Positions 10,559-21,715 of a DNA stretch of 64,000 bases are shown in pieces. The translations under genes were made by a program, and so were the position numbers. The stretch is from Nitrososphaerales archaeon. Its GTDB lineage: Archaea; Thermoproteota; Nitrososphaeria; Nitrososphaerales; UBA213. The stretch spans positions 528,053 through 592,052 of the forward strand of contig CBDAOC010000019.1 of the NCBI GenBank assembly GCA_965197925.1, in the 5' to 3' direction. Numbering within the stretch: position 1 is the stretch's first letter; each line of letters opens with the position of its first letter. The notes below the pieces were generated by a model. That model saw nothing but the letters and a program-made list of their open reading frames with translations, made no database searches and was not told where the DNA came from.

Positions 10559-10808
10559 GTAACCCTTTCAGATCTGGACCAACTTAAATCTATTGTACAA
10601 GGAGTGAAAAGAAAGAATGATTTCCAATTTATTTGGCTATATGAGATCTTGGTTATTTCCAACCATTAATATTTATGGGCTAACCCACTTCAACAGGACT
10701 CGTTCCTAACAGTAATTTTAGGTTTTAAATTTCATATGAAGAAAAAACAATTTCGCCACTAAAATCGGTTATAATTGAATGTCGTATAATAATAGATAAA
10801 TTAACTAT

Positions 10809-11684
10809 CAACTCATCTCAAAACCCTACAATACATCAAAAATGATGCAGGATTAACAAATGCCAGGTAGTTTTCTGCCGTTCTTTCATACCTGATTCTT
10901 GTTCTGTGAAATCCATTCTTGAGCCATGCAAGGAATCTCTCAACTACAAATCTTGTCTTGCTGTAATGTTTGCAATCATTATTTTGCAAGATGAACTTGG
11001 AATTTATTTTGTATGGGATGCAACATGCAATATTTCTATCCCACAACCACAAATACATTCTGATGTATTTTGCATCATTTTGTCTGCATAAACTGGTTCT
11101 ATCTGTTGTATTGAATCATCATCAAGATAGTCTGAAATTGATCCTGTAACATCCATGCATTTTGTACTGTCATGTTCATTTGCTGGACTCAACAGTATGG
11201 ATATTGGAAATCCGTTACCCTCTACTGCGGCATGTATTTTTGTACCTGTTATTCTCTTGAATCCATTATATCCAGTTACATTGCCCCTTTTTTATCAGGA
11301 ATGGATGGAGTCAGCTGATTTTTTGTAGATTAATTTTGCCAGATTTATGTGCTGAGTGAATAGTACGTGATAGAATCTTTTTCCAGACTCCTTTTTGTTG
11401 CCATTTGTTTAACCTTCTGTTTGCAGTAGAATCATCACCATATCTTTTTGGCATATCGTCCCATCGGCATCTAGTAGTTAGAACATGGATTATTCCGTTA
11501 ATGATTTTTCTATCATCATCTCTAGGCCTGCCAGTTTTTGCATGTGGTGGTATGTGTGATTCCATCATACTCCACTGTTTGTCTGATAATTCTTGGAATT
11601 TCATAAAATAATTTTAGATGTAGCTATTCATGGATCTAAATGGTCGCTAAAAATTGTCTAAATGGTTAGTTTTGAGATGAGTTG
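10809..11684 (-). mobile_element. IS5-family element type A, copy 2 (defective)
   Basis: Same 16-bp TIRs and TAT on both flanks. orfA is truncated (97 aa) and orfB is frameshifted. Confidence 0.95.
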
Positions 11685-11980
11685 TATAACCAGTTTTTAG
11701 ATGCTCGAAATCCAGTTTTTCTCTGATGGGGTCTTCATTCTTCTCATCTGCCCTATACTTGTTAGCAGCAATGCTTAACAGAAAATGCTTAACAGAAAAT
11801 AACTGCCAAAATCAACCGACCAGTGGGGTTCAGCAGCTAAGGTTTTGTAAACAAGGCGGTTGAGAGAGGTCGTAAGTAATGGTATACTAGAAAATAAGTT
11901 CATACCAAAGGTGAAAATCAAACTCCTAATGAAAACCTAAGAATAGTGCAGATTAAATATAGGCCATTCAAATTTTTCCA

Positions 11981-13385
11981 CATGGAAGTTTCTAAAGAGG
12001 CACTGATAAAGTTAATGGGAAAAACCAATCAGGCTTCGTACGTTGAACTACGTTACCATTCAAGAATACTAAATGAAGTCAAAGTCACTAATGGAGTGCT
12101 TGATAGAATCCGTTCTGTCCTAAATGATGGTGTAGGAATACGCGTGTTGGTTAGTGGTTGTTGGGGTTTCAGCAGCACCAGCGAGATATCAGATGACTCA
12201 GTTCTAGGTGCTGCAAAAGACGCTGTGTCAAGTGCAGCTTTGCTTTCAGACGGCAAGAAACGAAGAGTCGAGAAACTGGCTGATGCCGATCTCGCAACAG
12301 GAACATTCAAACTCCCAGTAAATGGCAATCTAGCAGATCACGGCATTGAAGAAAAGGTCAAGTTGGTAATAGATTCTGAAGCCTTAACTAGAAAGTGTTC
12401 CATCAAGATTAAAGCCGCCTCTTGCATTTATAGGGAAACCTTGGATCACAAGATAATAGTGAATACAGATGGTGCATCTGTGGAATTGTTCGATTCCAAA
12501 CCAGAATTTTCAATAACCGCCGTTGCGAAGGAATCTGGAAATACTGCAACCACATCTGACGGTGTTGGTATAAGTGGTGGCTGGAAAGATCTCTTCGAAA
12601 AAAGAGGTGCTGATGAGATCGCAAAGAAAACCGCGAAGAAGGCCCTAAAGTTGTTGAAGGCTAAACGACCAAAAGGAGAGCGGACAAAAATAATACTTGA
12701 TCCTGGAATGGTAGGACTGATTTCTCATGAAGCAATAGGACATACTGCAGAAGCTGATTTTGTTTTATCAGGTTCTATCGTGAAGGATAAGATAGATAAG
12801 CAAATTGCGAGTGAATTGGTTACGCTGGTCGACAGTGGTCCATCACAGTTCAAGAATGGAGCAGCAGGAACTATATTAGTTGATGATGAAGGTGTAACCG
12901 CAGGACGTACAGTAATCATTGAAAATGGGTTTTTGAAATCCTACTTGCACAACAGGGAAACCGCTGCGTTATTATCCGCAGAACCAACTGGAAATGCTAG
13001 GGCATATGAATATGATAATGAGCCGCTAATAAGAATGCGTAACACCTTCATAGAGCCGGGATCGTATTCCTACGACGAAATAATCAAGGAAACAAAACAT
13101 GGGTATCTCCTTAAGGGGGCTAGAAATGGGCAGGCAGATGCCAATGGAGAGTTCATGTTCGGATCACAAGAAGCGTATCTAATTGAAAGGGGGGAAATCA
13201 AGAAGCTTCTACGCGGAGCCAGTATATCGGGACGTGCCCTTGAGGTGCTAATATCTGTGGATGCCGTTGGTGAGGACTTTGAATATGATATTGGAACTGG
13301 CTATTGCGGGAAATACCAACCAATGAAGGTTGATGGCGGCGGTCCTCATATTCGATGCGAGGCCATAGTTGGGGGCTTGCAATGA
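11981..13385 (+). CDS. tldD: TldD-family metalloprotease
   Basis: HEAIGHTAEAD zinc motif, RMRNT and GYCGK. ATG at 11981 is preferred over GTG at 11946. Confidence 0.9.
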
Positions 13386-14716
13386 CATTAATTGACATTT
13401 GCTCATATGCGGTGAAGGAAGCCTTGAAGCAGAATGCAATTGAGGCTGAAGCTTTTGCTGCATTTGATAAAGAGGTTGAAGTATTTCTTGAGAATAGCGA
13501 TCTTAAACAGGTTAAATCCCATAACAAGGGGAGTATAGGAGTAAGGGTATTCGTTAACAAATCATTGGGTTTTGCTTCCGTCAATAGCCTGGACAAAAAG
13601 AGAGTTCTTGATGCTGTGAGTAGAGCAATAAAGATTGCGAGGGTAAGTCCCAGGGACAAATACAATGAGTTACCTAAAGTGCGTAAGATCAATCTGTTAA
13701 GGGGGATTTATGATTCAAACGCAGAACAGTTCCATCCACTAGATGCCACAAAGCACGCAGTAGAAATGCTAAAAACAACTTCTTCTTACGATCCAAGAAT
13801 AAGTGTTGACAGCGGAAATTTCAATTCATCCCTTATGACACATGCACTATGTAATTCAAACGATGCCGAACTTGAAGAGAAGATCAGTGTCTTCTCCTGG
13901 AGCATCATGGGTATGGCAATAGATGGAGAGGATGTGTCAAACTTTGATTTTCAATTTGATGGTACGCATTCGGTAAAAAAGATTGATGTTACCACTACTT
14001 CTAAAGAATTTGCAAAGTCAGTTGTAAGTTCTCTTAATGCAAAGAAAATTGATAATTTAAAGGGTACAATGTTGTTGAGCCCAAATGCCGTTTACGAGCT
14101 TATGGTTGATTTAATAACCTTTGCAGCCAACTCGCACAACGTTCAGAAAGGAATTAGTAAATTTGCTAGGAAGTTATGGAAGAAGGTAGTATCTAGCAAG
14201 TTGACGGTTGTGGATGATGCTACACTTGTAGAAGGACTTGGTGCAGAGAGTTTCGATCGAGAGGGAGTCACTCACAACAAGAATGTGTTAATCAAGAAAG
14301 GGGAACTGAAAAAATACATGTACAACACCTACACTGCAAAGAAGGACAAAACCAAGAGTACCGGTAATGCCTCTGGCAGTACTAATTCTCCTCCCTCAGT
14401 TGGAAGCACGAACATAATCTTCGAAAGAGGCAATTGTGAGTTAAACTCAATTATAAATGATATAAGAAAAGGAGTGATTGTGAACAGGTTTTCAGGAAAC
14501 ATCAATCCAGTTAATGGTGATTTCTCAGGTGTAGTTAAGGGGGGACATTTGATTGAAAATGGTAGTATAAAAGCTCCTGTTAGAGAGGTAATGGTAGCTG
14601 GCAATGTATTTGACGCGTTGAACAACGTTTCGGCAATATCACGCGAACAATCTAAGATTTTTGATTCCTTCCTGCCTTACGTAGGTGTAGAGGGAATTTC
14701 ATTCACGGGCGGATGA
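13382..14716 (+). CDS. pmbA: PmbA/TldE-family partner
   Basis: FDREGV, STGNA and NPVNGDFS motifs, no HExxH, and ATGA overlap with tldD. Confidence 0.88.
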   Translation: MTLIDICSYAVKEALKQNAIEAEAFAAFDKEVEVFLENSDLKQVKSHNKGSIGVRVFVNKSLGFASVNSLDKKRVLDAVSRAIKIARVSPRDKYNELPKVRKINLLRGIYDSNAEQFHPLDATKHAVEMLKTTSSYDPRISVDSGNFNSSLMTHALCNSNDAELEEKISVFSWSIMGMAIDGEDVSNFDFQFDGTHSVKKIDVTTTSKEFAKSVVSSLNAKKIDNLKGTMLLSPNAVYELMVDLITFAANSHNVQKGISKFARKLWKKVVSSKLTVVDDATLVEGLGAESFDREGVTHNKNVLIKKGELKKYMYNTYTAKKDKTKSTGNASGSTNSPPSVGSTNIIFERGNCELNSIINDIRKGVIVNRFSGNINPVNGDFSGVVKGGHLIENGSIKAPVREVMVAGNVFDALNNVSAISREQSKIFDSFLPYVGVEGISFTGG

Positions 14717-15921
14717 CATTGAGAAACAATTACGACATTGTAGTTGTTGGAGGAGGGCCTGCTGGGCTCTCGGCAGCATATTCCGCAGCTAAAAATGGAG
14801 CAAGTGTAATTGTTTTGGAAAGGGATGATGGTATAGCACATAATATAAGAACAAGCGGTGTTAGCTGGATAGAGGAAATAAAGAGGTTCGGAATAACGGA
14901 AGAACATTACAATCCCATACGAAATTACTTGTTCTTCTCCCCACAAAACGAGGTTAAGATAGAAGGTGGGAAGCCAAAATGTTGTGTGCTGAATGTGAGG
15001 ACTACATATCAGCACCTTGCTGTACAAGCCGCAGGTAAAGGTGCTAATATAATGATAAGGGCAAATGTGGTAAAACCCCTGATTGTCAATAACAGAATAT
15101 CCGGCGTGAAAGTGAATACTCCGAGGGGAGAACTAAACATAACTGCAGATCTGGTGATCGATGCTAGTGGATTTAGTTCAGCTGTTGGAAGAAGAATGGG
15201 TATAGTTCCTGAATGGAAGAGGTACGGTGTTGGTGCCGAATATGAATGCTATGTGGATGAATTTGATGACGATACATGGGTACTGATGGTGGGTAGCAAT
15301 TATTCGCCTGCGGGTTATGCATGGTTATTTCCGGTTGGCAAAAACAGGGTAAGGATTGGGTTAGGAGTAGGAAGACCAGAATCAAGGGAGGACCCCCTGG
15401 AGCTGCTTGATTCAATGCTGGAAAGGAGGCCAAAACCCTTAGACGGGTTGGGCAAAATAGCACCTCTTGAACTGCACTATGGCTTCATTCCCAACGAAGG
15501 ATTAAGGACGCATGCGGTTGATGACGGTTTGTTACTTGTAGGTGACTCTGCAGGGCAGTCAAACCCTCTTGTTCTGGAGGGAATAAGATATGCAATTGAG
15601 TTTGGACGTCTTGCTGGAGAAGTCGGTTATAATGCATTGCAAAATAAAGCCACGAAAGATTCGCTCCAGGAATACGATAAGATCTTGCGAGAGAAGTTAC
15701 AGAATAAGATTTCAGCCGCATTACGGGTTCAATCACGTTGGTTGAAACTTACGGACGATGAATGGGATAAGGAGATAGAAATATTGGGGGATATGAGCAT
15801 TGATGAGTTCATTGATTTTATCCGTGCAGATTTCAGCATGTCCAAGATGTTAAAATTGGCGATGCGTCATCCACAGGTTGCAGCAAGACAGCTCTTCAAC
15901 ATGGTAGCAAAAACAGGGTGA
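14713..15921 (+). CDS. Geranylgeranyl reductase-family FAD oxidoreductase (digeranylgeranylglycerophospholipid reductase-like)
   Basis: GGGPAG, PAGYAWLFP and VGDSAGQSNPLVLEGI motifs. Confidence 0.85.
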   Translation: MTLRNNYDIVVVGGGPAGLSAAYSAAKNGASVIVLERDDGIAHNIRTSGVSWIEEIKRFGITEEHYNPIRNYLFFSPQNEVKIEGGKPKCCVLNVRTTYQHLAVQAAGKGANIMIRANVVKPLIVNNRISGVKVNTPRGELNITADLVIDASGFSSAVGRRMGIVPEWKRYGVGAEYECYVDEFDDDTWVLMVGSNYSPAGYAWLFPVGKNRVRIGLGVGRPESREDPLELLDSMLERRPKPLDGLGKIAPLELHYGFIPNEGLRTHAVDDGLLLVGDSAGQSNPLVLEGIRYAIEFGRLAGEVGYNALQNKATKDSLQEYDKILREKLQNKISAALRVQSRWLKLTDDEWDKEIEILGDMSIDEFIDFIRADFSMSKMLKLAMRHPQVAARQLFNMVAKTG

Positions 15922-16030
15922 ACGAAATTGAAATTCATTCTTACACTCTTTCAGGTCTATAGACACAATAACGGTTCTTTTCAAGCTTTCACAAAACATG
16001 AACTTGCTTGCTATGATTTGTTTCTATTAA

Positions 16031-16384
16031 TTAAGTGAACTGTACCTTCAAACCCTTGCCCACCGTTGGAGTTCCAGTTAATTTTACTTCAAAATGCAAC
16101 CAATCTGCCTCCAATACTTTGTTCTGCAGGGTGAAACTAAATGTATCCGTCCCAAAGACATGCTTTATCTTACTCACCCTGAATTCCGGAACATCTACTG
16201 ACACCACCTGTTCAAAACTGTACGTAGACAAATCCCATACTCTTGTGCTAACGGCACCGGTCTTGGTATTGGTTACTTTTAGAGTCAGGCTCTTTTCAGG
16301 GGTCACTTCTTGCGCATATCCTTGATCGAGGATCATTGGCAAAAGCAATGTGCCAATAAGAATCATGGCAAATAATAGTTTCAA
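16031..16384 (-). CDS. Small secreted hypothetical protein
   Basis: N-terminal signal peptide ending GYA-Q and a beta-rich mature part. Confidence 0.65.
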   Translation of the reverse strand: MKLLFAMILIGTLLLPMILDQGYAQEVTPEKSLTLKVTNTKTGAVSTRVWDLSTYSFEQVVSVDVPEFRVSKIKHVFGTDTFSFTLQNKVLEADWLHFEVKLTGTPTVGKGLKVQFT

Positions 16385-16447
16385 ACTGATCCCTTCCTAA
16401 ATTGGTACTATCATTTAAGCGTTAGTAGTTTTCGCTGATATTGTAAG

Positions 16448-16463
16448 GATAAATCTTTATACT
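16448..16463 (+). promoter_or_regulatory. BRE/TATA promoter of the nuo operon
   Basis: GATAAATCTTTATACT about 30 nt upstream of the TTG at 16486, consistent with a leaderless start. Confidence 0.5.
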
Positions 16464-16485
16464 GTGGGGATTAACTCTTCATATA

Positions 16486-16869
16486 TTGGGCCAGGAAATT
16501 ATTGGGTCTACAATGTTTGAACCTCTTCTCCTGATGCTTGTATTCGGAATAATTGGTTCTGTCCCGATGCTGATAATAGCCAGATTAATTTCGCCTAAGA
16601 GAAGGCTTGTCAACCCTGTAAAATTTTTACCAATGGAGTGTGGACAAGTGCCTTCTGGTGAGGGAAGAACCCACTTTATGATGCAGTACTACTCATATGT
16701 TTTGATGTTCGTGGTGTTCGATGTTATGGCTATATTTCTTTATGCATGGGGTTCGGCCTTGATTGGTCTGGCACAATCCTCTACGTTACCCATATTTGCA
16801 TTTCTTAGCGTTCTCTTCGCAGCTATGGGATATGCTATGTACCTCTCAGGACGAAAGGAAATATGGTAA
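16486..16869 (+). CDS. nuoA: NADH-quinone oxidoreductase-like subunit A
   Basis: PMECG and YYSYVLMFVVFDV motifs; three TM helices. Confidence 0.95.
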   Translation: MGQEIIGSTMFEPLLLMLVFGIIGSVPMLIIARLISPKRRLVNPVKFLPMECGQVPSGEGRTHFMMQYYSYVLMFVVFDVMAIFLYAWGSALIGLAQSSTLPIFAFLSVLFAAMGYAMYLSGRKEIW

Positions 16870-16915
16870 GAATAAGTATTAAATACGATATACAGTATAA
16901 AATGGGTGAAGGTCA

Positions 16916-17431
16916 ATGCTCAAAGACCTCGTGAACCCTTCTACGGTAAATGTCCTAATAGGAAAACTTGAGGATATTATTGTTAAAGCAGTAGGACAAC
17001 CACTGGGCTTTGCCGTTAATTGGGGCAGACTCTGGTCACTTTGGCCAGTGCACCTTGAAACAGCCTGTTGTAGCTTGGAGTTTGGTGCTGCGGCTGGTCC
17101 AAGGTACGATGTTGAAAGATTTGGAATTATAGAAGCGTTTGGTTCTCTTAGGCAATGCGACCTGATTGTCGTACAGGGAACGGTAACCAGAAAGATGGCT
17201 CCTAGACTTAGGATGGTGTATGACCAAATGCCAGATCCAAAATATGTTATAGCAATGGGCGCATGTGCAATCACGGGTGGATTGTATTTCGACTCGTACA
17301 ATGTACTGCCTGGAATTGATGGTATAATACCTGTTGATGTTTACGTGCCAGGGTGTCCGCCAAGACCGGAAACGCTGATACAAGGAACCATGTTGTTGCA
17401 GGAAAAGATAAAGAGATCAGGGTTCAAGTAA
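16916..17431 (+). CDS. nuoB: Complex I subunit B
   Basis: TACCSLE, MGACA and PGCPPRPE motifs. Confidence 0.97.
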   Translation: MLKDLVNPSTVNVLIGKLEDIIVKAVGQPLGFAVNWGRLWSLWPVHLETACCSLEFGAAAGPRYDVERFGIIEAFGSLRQCDLIVVQGTVTRKMAPRLRMVYDQMPDPKYVIAMGACAITGGLYFDSYNVLPGIDGIIPVDVYVPGCPPRPETLIQGTMLLQEKIKRSGFK

Positions 17432-17433
17432 AT

Positions 17434-18012
17434 ATGACTTTTTTAGGCAGTGGACCTGTACAGGGGAATCAACCCAAAGAGACCGAGTCTAAAACGGAAG
17501 AACGAGAAAATAAAGTACAGCAAAAGGAACCTACAGTAGAGATTGCGCCACTAGAGAAGGACATTGTTGATAGGATCACTACACGATTTGGTGATAAAGT
17601 AGATCTTGTATATTCTAAACCTAAGAGAATAAAGTTCAACATCAAGGCAGAAGATGCGGTTGACTTTGGTAGATTTTTATGCGATGAAATTAAATTTGAT
17701 CAACCTATATCGGTTGCAGGAACGGATTATCCAAAGGAGAATGTAATAGTAGTAATCTATCACATAGGCTGTTGCACCGTTACAGAATACAAGGCAATTG
17801 TATTCGCCTTTGCAGTAAAACTGCCGAGAGACAATCCAAAAATGCCTACCCTGATGCCTGTTTATAGGGGCGTGGAATATCATGAGCGGGAGACTTTTGA
17901 GATGCTTGGGGTAATATTTGAGGGTCATCCAAAACTTCAAAGATTATTACTTCCTGAGGATTGGGCTGACATTCCCCCTCTGAGAAAGGACTTTTACATA
18001 AAGGGAAGGTGA
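17434..18012 (+). CDS. nuoC: Complex I subunit C
   Basis: HERETFEMLGVIFEGHP...PPLRKDF. The ATG just after the nuoB stop is in frame with ORF 17353. Confidence 0.95.
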   Translation: MTFLGSGPVQGNQPKETESKTEERENKVQQKEPTVEIAPLEKDIVDRITTRFGDKVDLVYSKPKRIKFNIKAEDAVDFGRFLCDEIKFDQPISVAGTDYPKENVIVVIYHIGCCTVTEYKAIVFAFAVKLPRDNPKMPTLMPVYRGVEYHERETFEMLGVIFEGHPKLQRLLLPEDWADIPPLRKDFYIKGR

Positions 18013-18013
18013 T

Positions 18014-19144
18014 TTGATGGAACTGCCAAAAGGGATGCAGATTGAGGAATCTGATGAGGGTAGAAAACTTACACTTAGTGTAGGACCTCAACACCCAGGT
18101 TCAGGTCACTTTAGACTTGTTGTTCAAGTGGATGGTGATATCATTGTACAAGCTGATCCAGATCCAGGTTACGTACACAGGGGAGAGGAGAAGATGTGTG
18201 AATACAGGAATTGGATACAGAATATTCCGCATCTGGAAAGACCTATGATAGCAGATTCCTGCAACATACTTTATCCGTTCTGCCTTGCATGTGAAGAAAT
18301 TGCAGGTATAGAGGTTCCGGAGAGGGCAAAATACATCAGGGTTATTATGGCCGAGATCAACAGATGCATCTTCGAGCTCTACTGGTTAGGCATATACGGT
18401 ATCTTTCTTGGCCATTCAACAATGTTCATGTGGCCTATGGGAGACAGGGAATTGTTGATTGATCTTGCAGAAATGGCGACAGGGGCTAGGGTAACACACG
18501 CATATTTTGTTCCTGGCGGCGTAAGGAATGACCTTCCTGATTCATTCAATGAAAGAGCAATAAGACAATTGGATTACTTTAAGCATAGGCTGGATCAGTA
18601 TAAAGACATACTGTATACGAACCCGCTCTTCCTCGCTAGAACTGAAGGTGTGGGAGTATTATCTACAAAAGATGCAATCAACCTGGGGGTTACTGGTCCT
18701 GTGCTGAGAGCTTCTGGAGTAGAACATGACATACGTAAAGTAGAGCCATATGATGTTTATGACCAGTTGGATTTTAAAGTTCACACAATGAAGAGTGGAG
18801 ATTCCTTTGCACGTGCTTATGTCCCTTACATGGAAATGTATGAGAGTATCAATATCATAAAACAATGCCTTGAAAAGATGCCTTCTGGTCCTGTAAGAAC
18901 AAAACTTGCTCCCAATCCAAGGGGACCAGCAGGTGAGTCGTTCAAACGAGTGGAAGCAGGTAGAGGAGAACTGGCATACTATATGATCAGTGATGGTACA
19001 CCGAAGCCTTATCGAATCAAAATGAGCGTGCCATCTTTTAGGCAGATACCAGCCATGCCTCACCTTCTCAAGGACGCAAAATTCGCAGACATGCCCGCAA
19101 TATACTGGAGTCTGAATTATTGGCCAGTGGAGGCTGATCGCTAG
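18014..19144 (+). CDS. nuoD: Complex I subunit D
   Basis: GPQHPGSGH, GYVHRGEEK and C-terminal EADR. Confidence 0.97.
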   Translation: MMELPKGMQIEESDEGRKLTLSVGPQHPGSGHFRLVVQVDGDIIVQADPDPGYVHRGEEKMCEYRNWIQNIPHLERPMIADSCNILYPFCLACEEIAGIEVPERAKYIRVIMAEINRCIFELYWLGIYGIFLGHSTMFMWPMGDRELLIDLAEMATGARVTHAYFVPGGVRNDLPDSFNERAIRQLDYFKHRLDQYKDILYTNPLFLARTEGVGVLSTKDAINLGVTGPVLRASGVEHDIRKVEPYDVYDQLDFKVHTMKSGDSFARAYVPYMEMYESINIIKQCLEKMPSGPVRTKLAPNPRGPAGESFKRVEAGRGELAYYMISDGTPKPYRIKMSVPSFRQIPAMPHLLKDAKFADMPAIYWSLNYWPVEADR

Positions 19145-20424
19145 TGGCATCTGTCACACAATTCAGTTTTACTGAATTTGTAAAAAGTCTGCTAAGGCTG
19201 AGCTTTTGGATCTTAATGATCTTTACCCTGATAATCCTTCCATTGATCTTCATCATGCTCTTCTTTGTTCCTGCTCCGGAGATTGAGGGTGTGGAAATTA
19301 CCCCTTACTTACTCTTGAGCATGATGGTTAATCCGGATATAGGCATGCCCTTGATAAGGGCAACAATGGAGACCACTTTATTCAGAGTGGCAGTTTTTCC
19401 AGGGTTCACATTCGCTACACTTTTTGCGACTGTCATAATCTTCTTTGAACGCAAGTTTCTTGCAAAGATGCAGTTGAGGGTTGGTCCTTACTATGCAGGT
19501 AGCGAAATACTTTGGTGGGCCCGCTCACTGGGGGGATTTCTACAGATGTTTGCTGATCTCCTGAAACTTTTATCGAAAGAGATTATCATACCTTCGGCCG
19601 CCGATAAACCCATCTTCTGGGCAGCTCCTGTTGTTCTAGTTGTTGCTTCAGCAGGATTGATATCTGTCATACCTGCTGCACCGGGTTGGGTAATCGCGGA
19701 TATAGATGTAGGACTGTTGGTAGTATTCGCTATCTTGGGCATCTTCCCCCTAACAGCACTTCTTGCATCTTGGGCAAGCAACAGCAAATACCCCTTCATT
19801 GGTGGCTTGCGTGCATTACACCAGATGATCTCATATGAAATTCCTCTGTTACTTTCTGCACTTGGAGTTGTCATTCTGTCCGGCGCGCTGAATCTTTCTA
19901 ATATTGTCCTAGCCCAGCAGCAGCAGTATTGGTACATTTTCTTGCTACCAATAGGTGCATTTGTGTTCTTCATAACAGCACTTGCGGAACTTGAAAGAGT
20001 GCCCTTTGATCTGCCGGAGGCTGAAAGCGAGATAGTTGCAGGTTGGCTAACCGAATACAGCGGAATGTCTTACGGACTAATACAATTAGCTTCTTATATT
20101 AAATTATACGCACTTGCAGCAATATTCGTAACGCTATTTTTGGGTGGATGGATGGGTCCAACAGTTGCTGCAGATCTTATCATAAGGGATCATCTTATAT
20201 TAACGGCCGAGGAGGGCAGCGGCATCTTCTGGTTCATACTGAAAACATTCGGTGTTACTGTGCTTCTAATATTGCCAAGGGGAATAAGCCCTAGGATTAG
20301 GATTGATATCCTTCTAAGAACGGGCTGGGCAAAATTAATTGCAATTGCCTTCATTAACATCTTTATAGCTCTTGCCCTCCTATATGCGGGAGTTGTGCAT
20401 CCCACAGGAATTGTTGGAATATGA
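19144..20424 (+). CDS. nuoH: Complex I subunit H
   Basis: ERKFLAKMQLRVGP and ERVPFDLPEAESE motifs. Confidence 0.97.
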   Translation: MASVTQFSFTEFVKSLLRLSFWILMIFTLIILPLIFIMLFFVPAPEIEGVEITPYLLLSMMVNPDIGMPLIRATMETTLFRVAVFPGFTFATLFATVIIFFERKFLAKMQLRVGPYYAGSEILWWARSLGGFLQMFADLLKLLSKEIIIPSAADKPIFWAAPVVLVVASAGLISVIPAAPGWVIADIDVGLLVVFAILGIFPLTALLASWASNSKYPFIGGLRALHQMISYEIPLLLSALGVVILSGALNLSNIVLAQQQQYWYIFLLPIGAFVFFITALAELERVPFDLPEAESEIVAGWLTEYSGMSYGLIQLASYIKLYALAAIFVTLFLGGWMGPTVAADLIIRDHLILTAEEGSGIFWFILKTFGVTVLLILPRGISPRIRIDILLRTGWAKLIAIAFINIFIALALLYAGVVHPTGIVGI

Positions 20425-20918
20425 GCGGAGTAAAAGGAATCTTCAAGGCACTTGAGTCTGGAACAAAACATCTAGTGATCAGAAGATTCACACTGCGATA
20501 CCCTGAGCAGAAGCTGAAATTCGTTGGGGATGGATACCAATTCGACCCGAAGGAAGGAGTGGGAATAGCTGGATACAAGGGCAGGCATATTCTCTATCAT
20601 GACAAGTGTACTGGTTGCCAGCTTTGTGCGATAGCTTGTGAGGGCATTGCCGAGGCGATTGGTATGGTGAAGATCGACAAGCAATGGAAGCACAACAAGA
20701 AGAGTATAATGCCACAAATAGATTATGGCAAATGTGTCTTCTGTGGACTCTGTGTCGATGCATGTCCATTCTACGCATTGTTCATGACAGATGATTATGA
20801 ACTGGCGGCTTACACAAAGGAGCACCTGATTTATACACCAGATCAGCTAGCTGTGAAAGTAGATTATGATGGAAACGTTGAAATAAAGATTGGCGATCAC
20901 GGTGCAATACATGGCTGA
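20421..20918 (+). CDS. nuoI: Complex I subunit I (2x[4Fe-4S])
   Basis: CTGCQLCAIAC and CVFCGLCVDACP. Confidence 0.97.
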   Translation: MSGVKGIFKALESGTKHLVIRRFTLRYPEQKLKFVGDGYQFDPKEGVGIAGYKGRHILYHDKCTGCQLCAIACEGIAEAIGMVKIDKQWKHNKKSIMPQIDYGKCVFCGLCVDACPFYALFMTDDYELAAYTKEHLIYTPDQLAVKVDYDGNVEIKIGDHGAIHG

Positions 20919-21423
20919 TCCAGCCTTTCTTGCTGTCGCCGTTGTAACTGTGGCTTCTGCTATTATCGCTCTGGAGTTCAAAGAGATCATTTATGGAGCA
21001 ATTGCTTTGGCAATATCTTTGCTCGGTATTGCAGCATTTTTCATTTTGCTTGATGCAACATTTGTAGCAATGTTTCAGGTGGCAGTTTACGTTGGTGCTA
21101 TAGTTGTTCTGGTTATCTTTACCATAATGCTTGTTAGGAGAGAGGCATGGATGGCAGTACCAGAAGGTCGGCGGAAGACGATGGGTCTTATAGTTATGTT
21201 CACAATTATGTTTGGTTTGGGCACGATATTCATTGTATCAGGGCTAACTAAGGTGGCTGTGCCAGAAACCACTGTGACCTTCACGCAAATAGGTGAACAA
21301 ATGCTAACTTATTACTCGCCGGCACTAATTGCCATGGCGCTTACTCTTGCAGGTGCGATAATAGGTGCACTGACTCTGGCTAAGTTAGAGATTGGGGGTA
21401 ACAGAAATGGCAGAAATAATTGA
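20911..21423 (+). CDS. nuoJ: Complex I subunit J
   Basis: QVAVYVGAIVVLVIF motif and operon position. Confidence 0.93.
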   Translation: MADPAFLAVAVVTVASAIIALEFKEIIYGAIALAISLLGIAAFFILLDATFVAMFQVAVYVGAIVVLVIFTIMLVRREAWMAVPEGRRKTMGLIVMFTIMFGLGTIFIVSGLTKVAVPETTVTFTQIGEQMLTYYSPALIAMALTLAGAIIGALTLAKLEIGGNRNGRNN

Positions 21424-21715
21424 TTATGTTATTCTGTCGTCCGTTCTACTTGCAATAGGAATTTACGGTCTCACAGTAAAGCGAAATGCAATACGAATGT
21501 TATTTTCCATCGAAATAATTGTCAATGCAGCAAATCTTAACATTATCGCATTTTCACGTCATTTGCCTCTTCCCAATGTTACGGGACAGACATTGGTGCT
21601 TTTTTCTATTGCCATTGCGGCCGCAGAGGTGGCCGTGGGTCTGGCATTGGTAATGGTGGCTTACAGACTTCACCGGAACATTGATGTCAAGGATTTCAGG
21701 AGCTTGAGGGGTTGA
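21407..21715 (+). CDS. nuoK: Complex I subunit K
   Basis: SIEIIVNAANL, AAAEVAVGLA and C-terminal LRG. Confidence 0.95.
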   Translation: MAEIIDYVILSSVLLAIGIYGLTVKRNAIRMLFSIEIIVNAANLNIIAFSRHLPLPNVTGQTLVLFSIAIAAAEVAVGLALVMVAYRLHRNIDVKDFRSLRG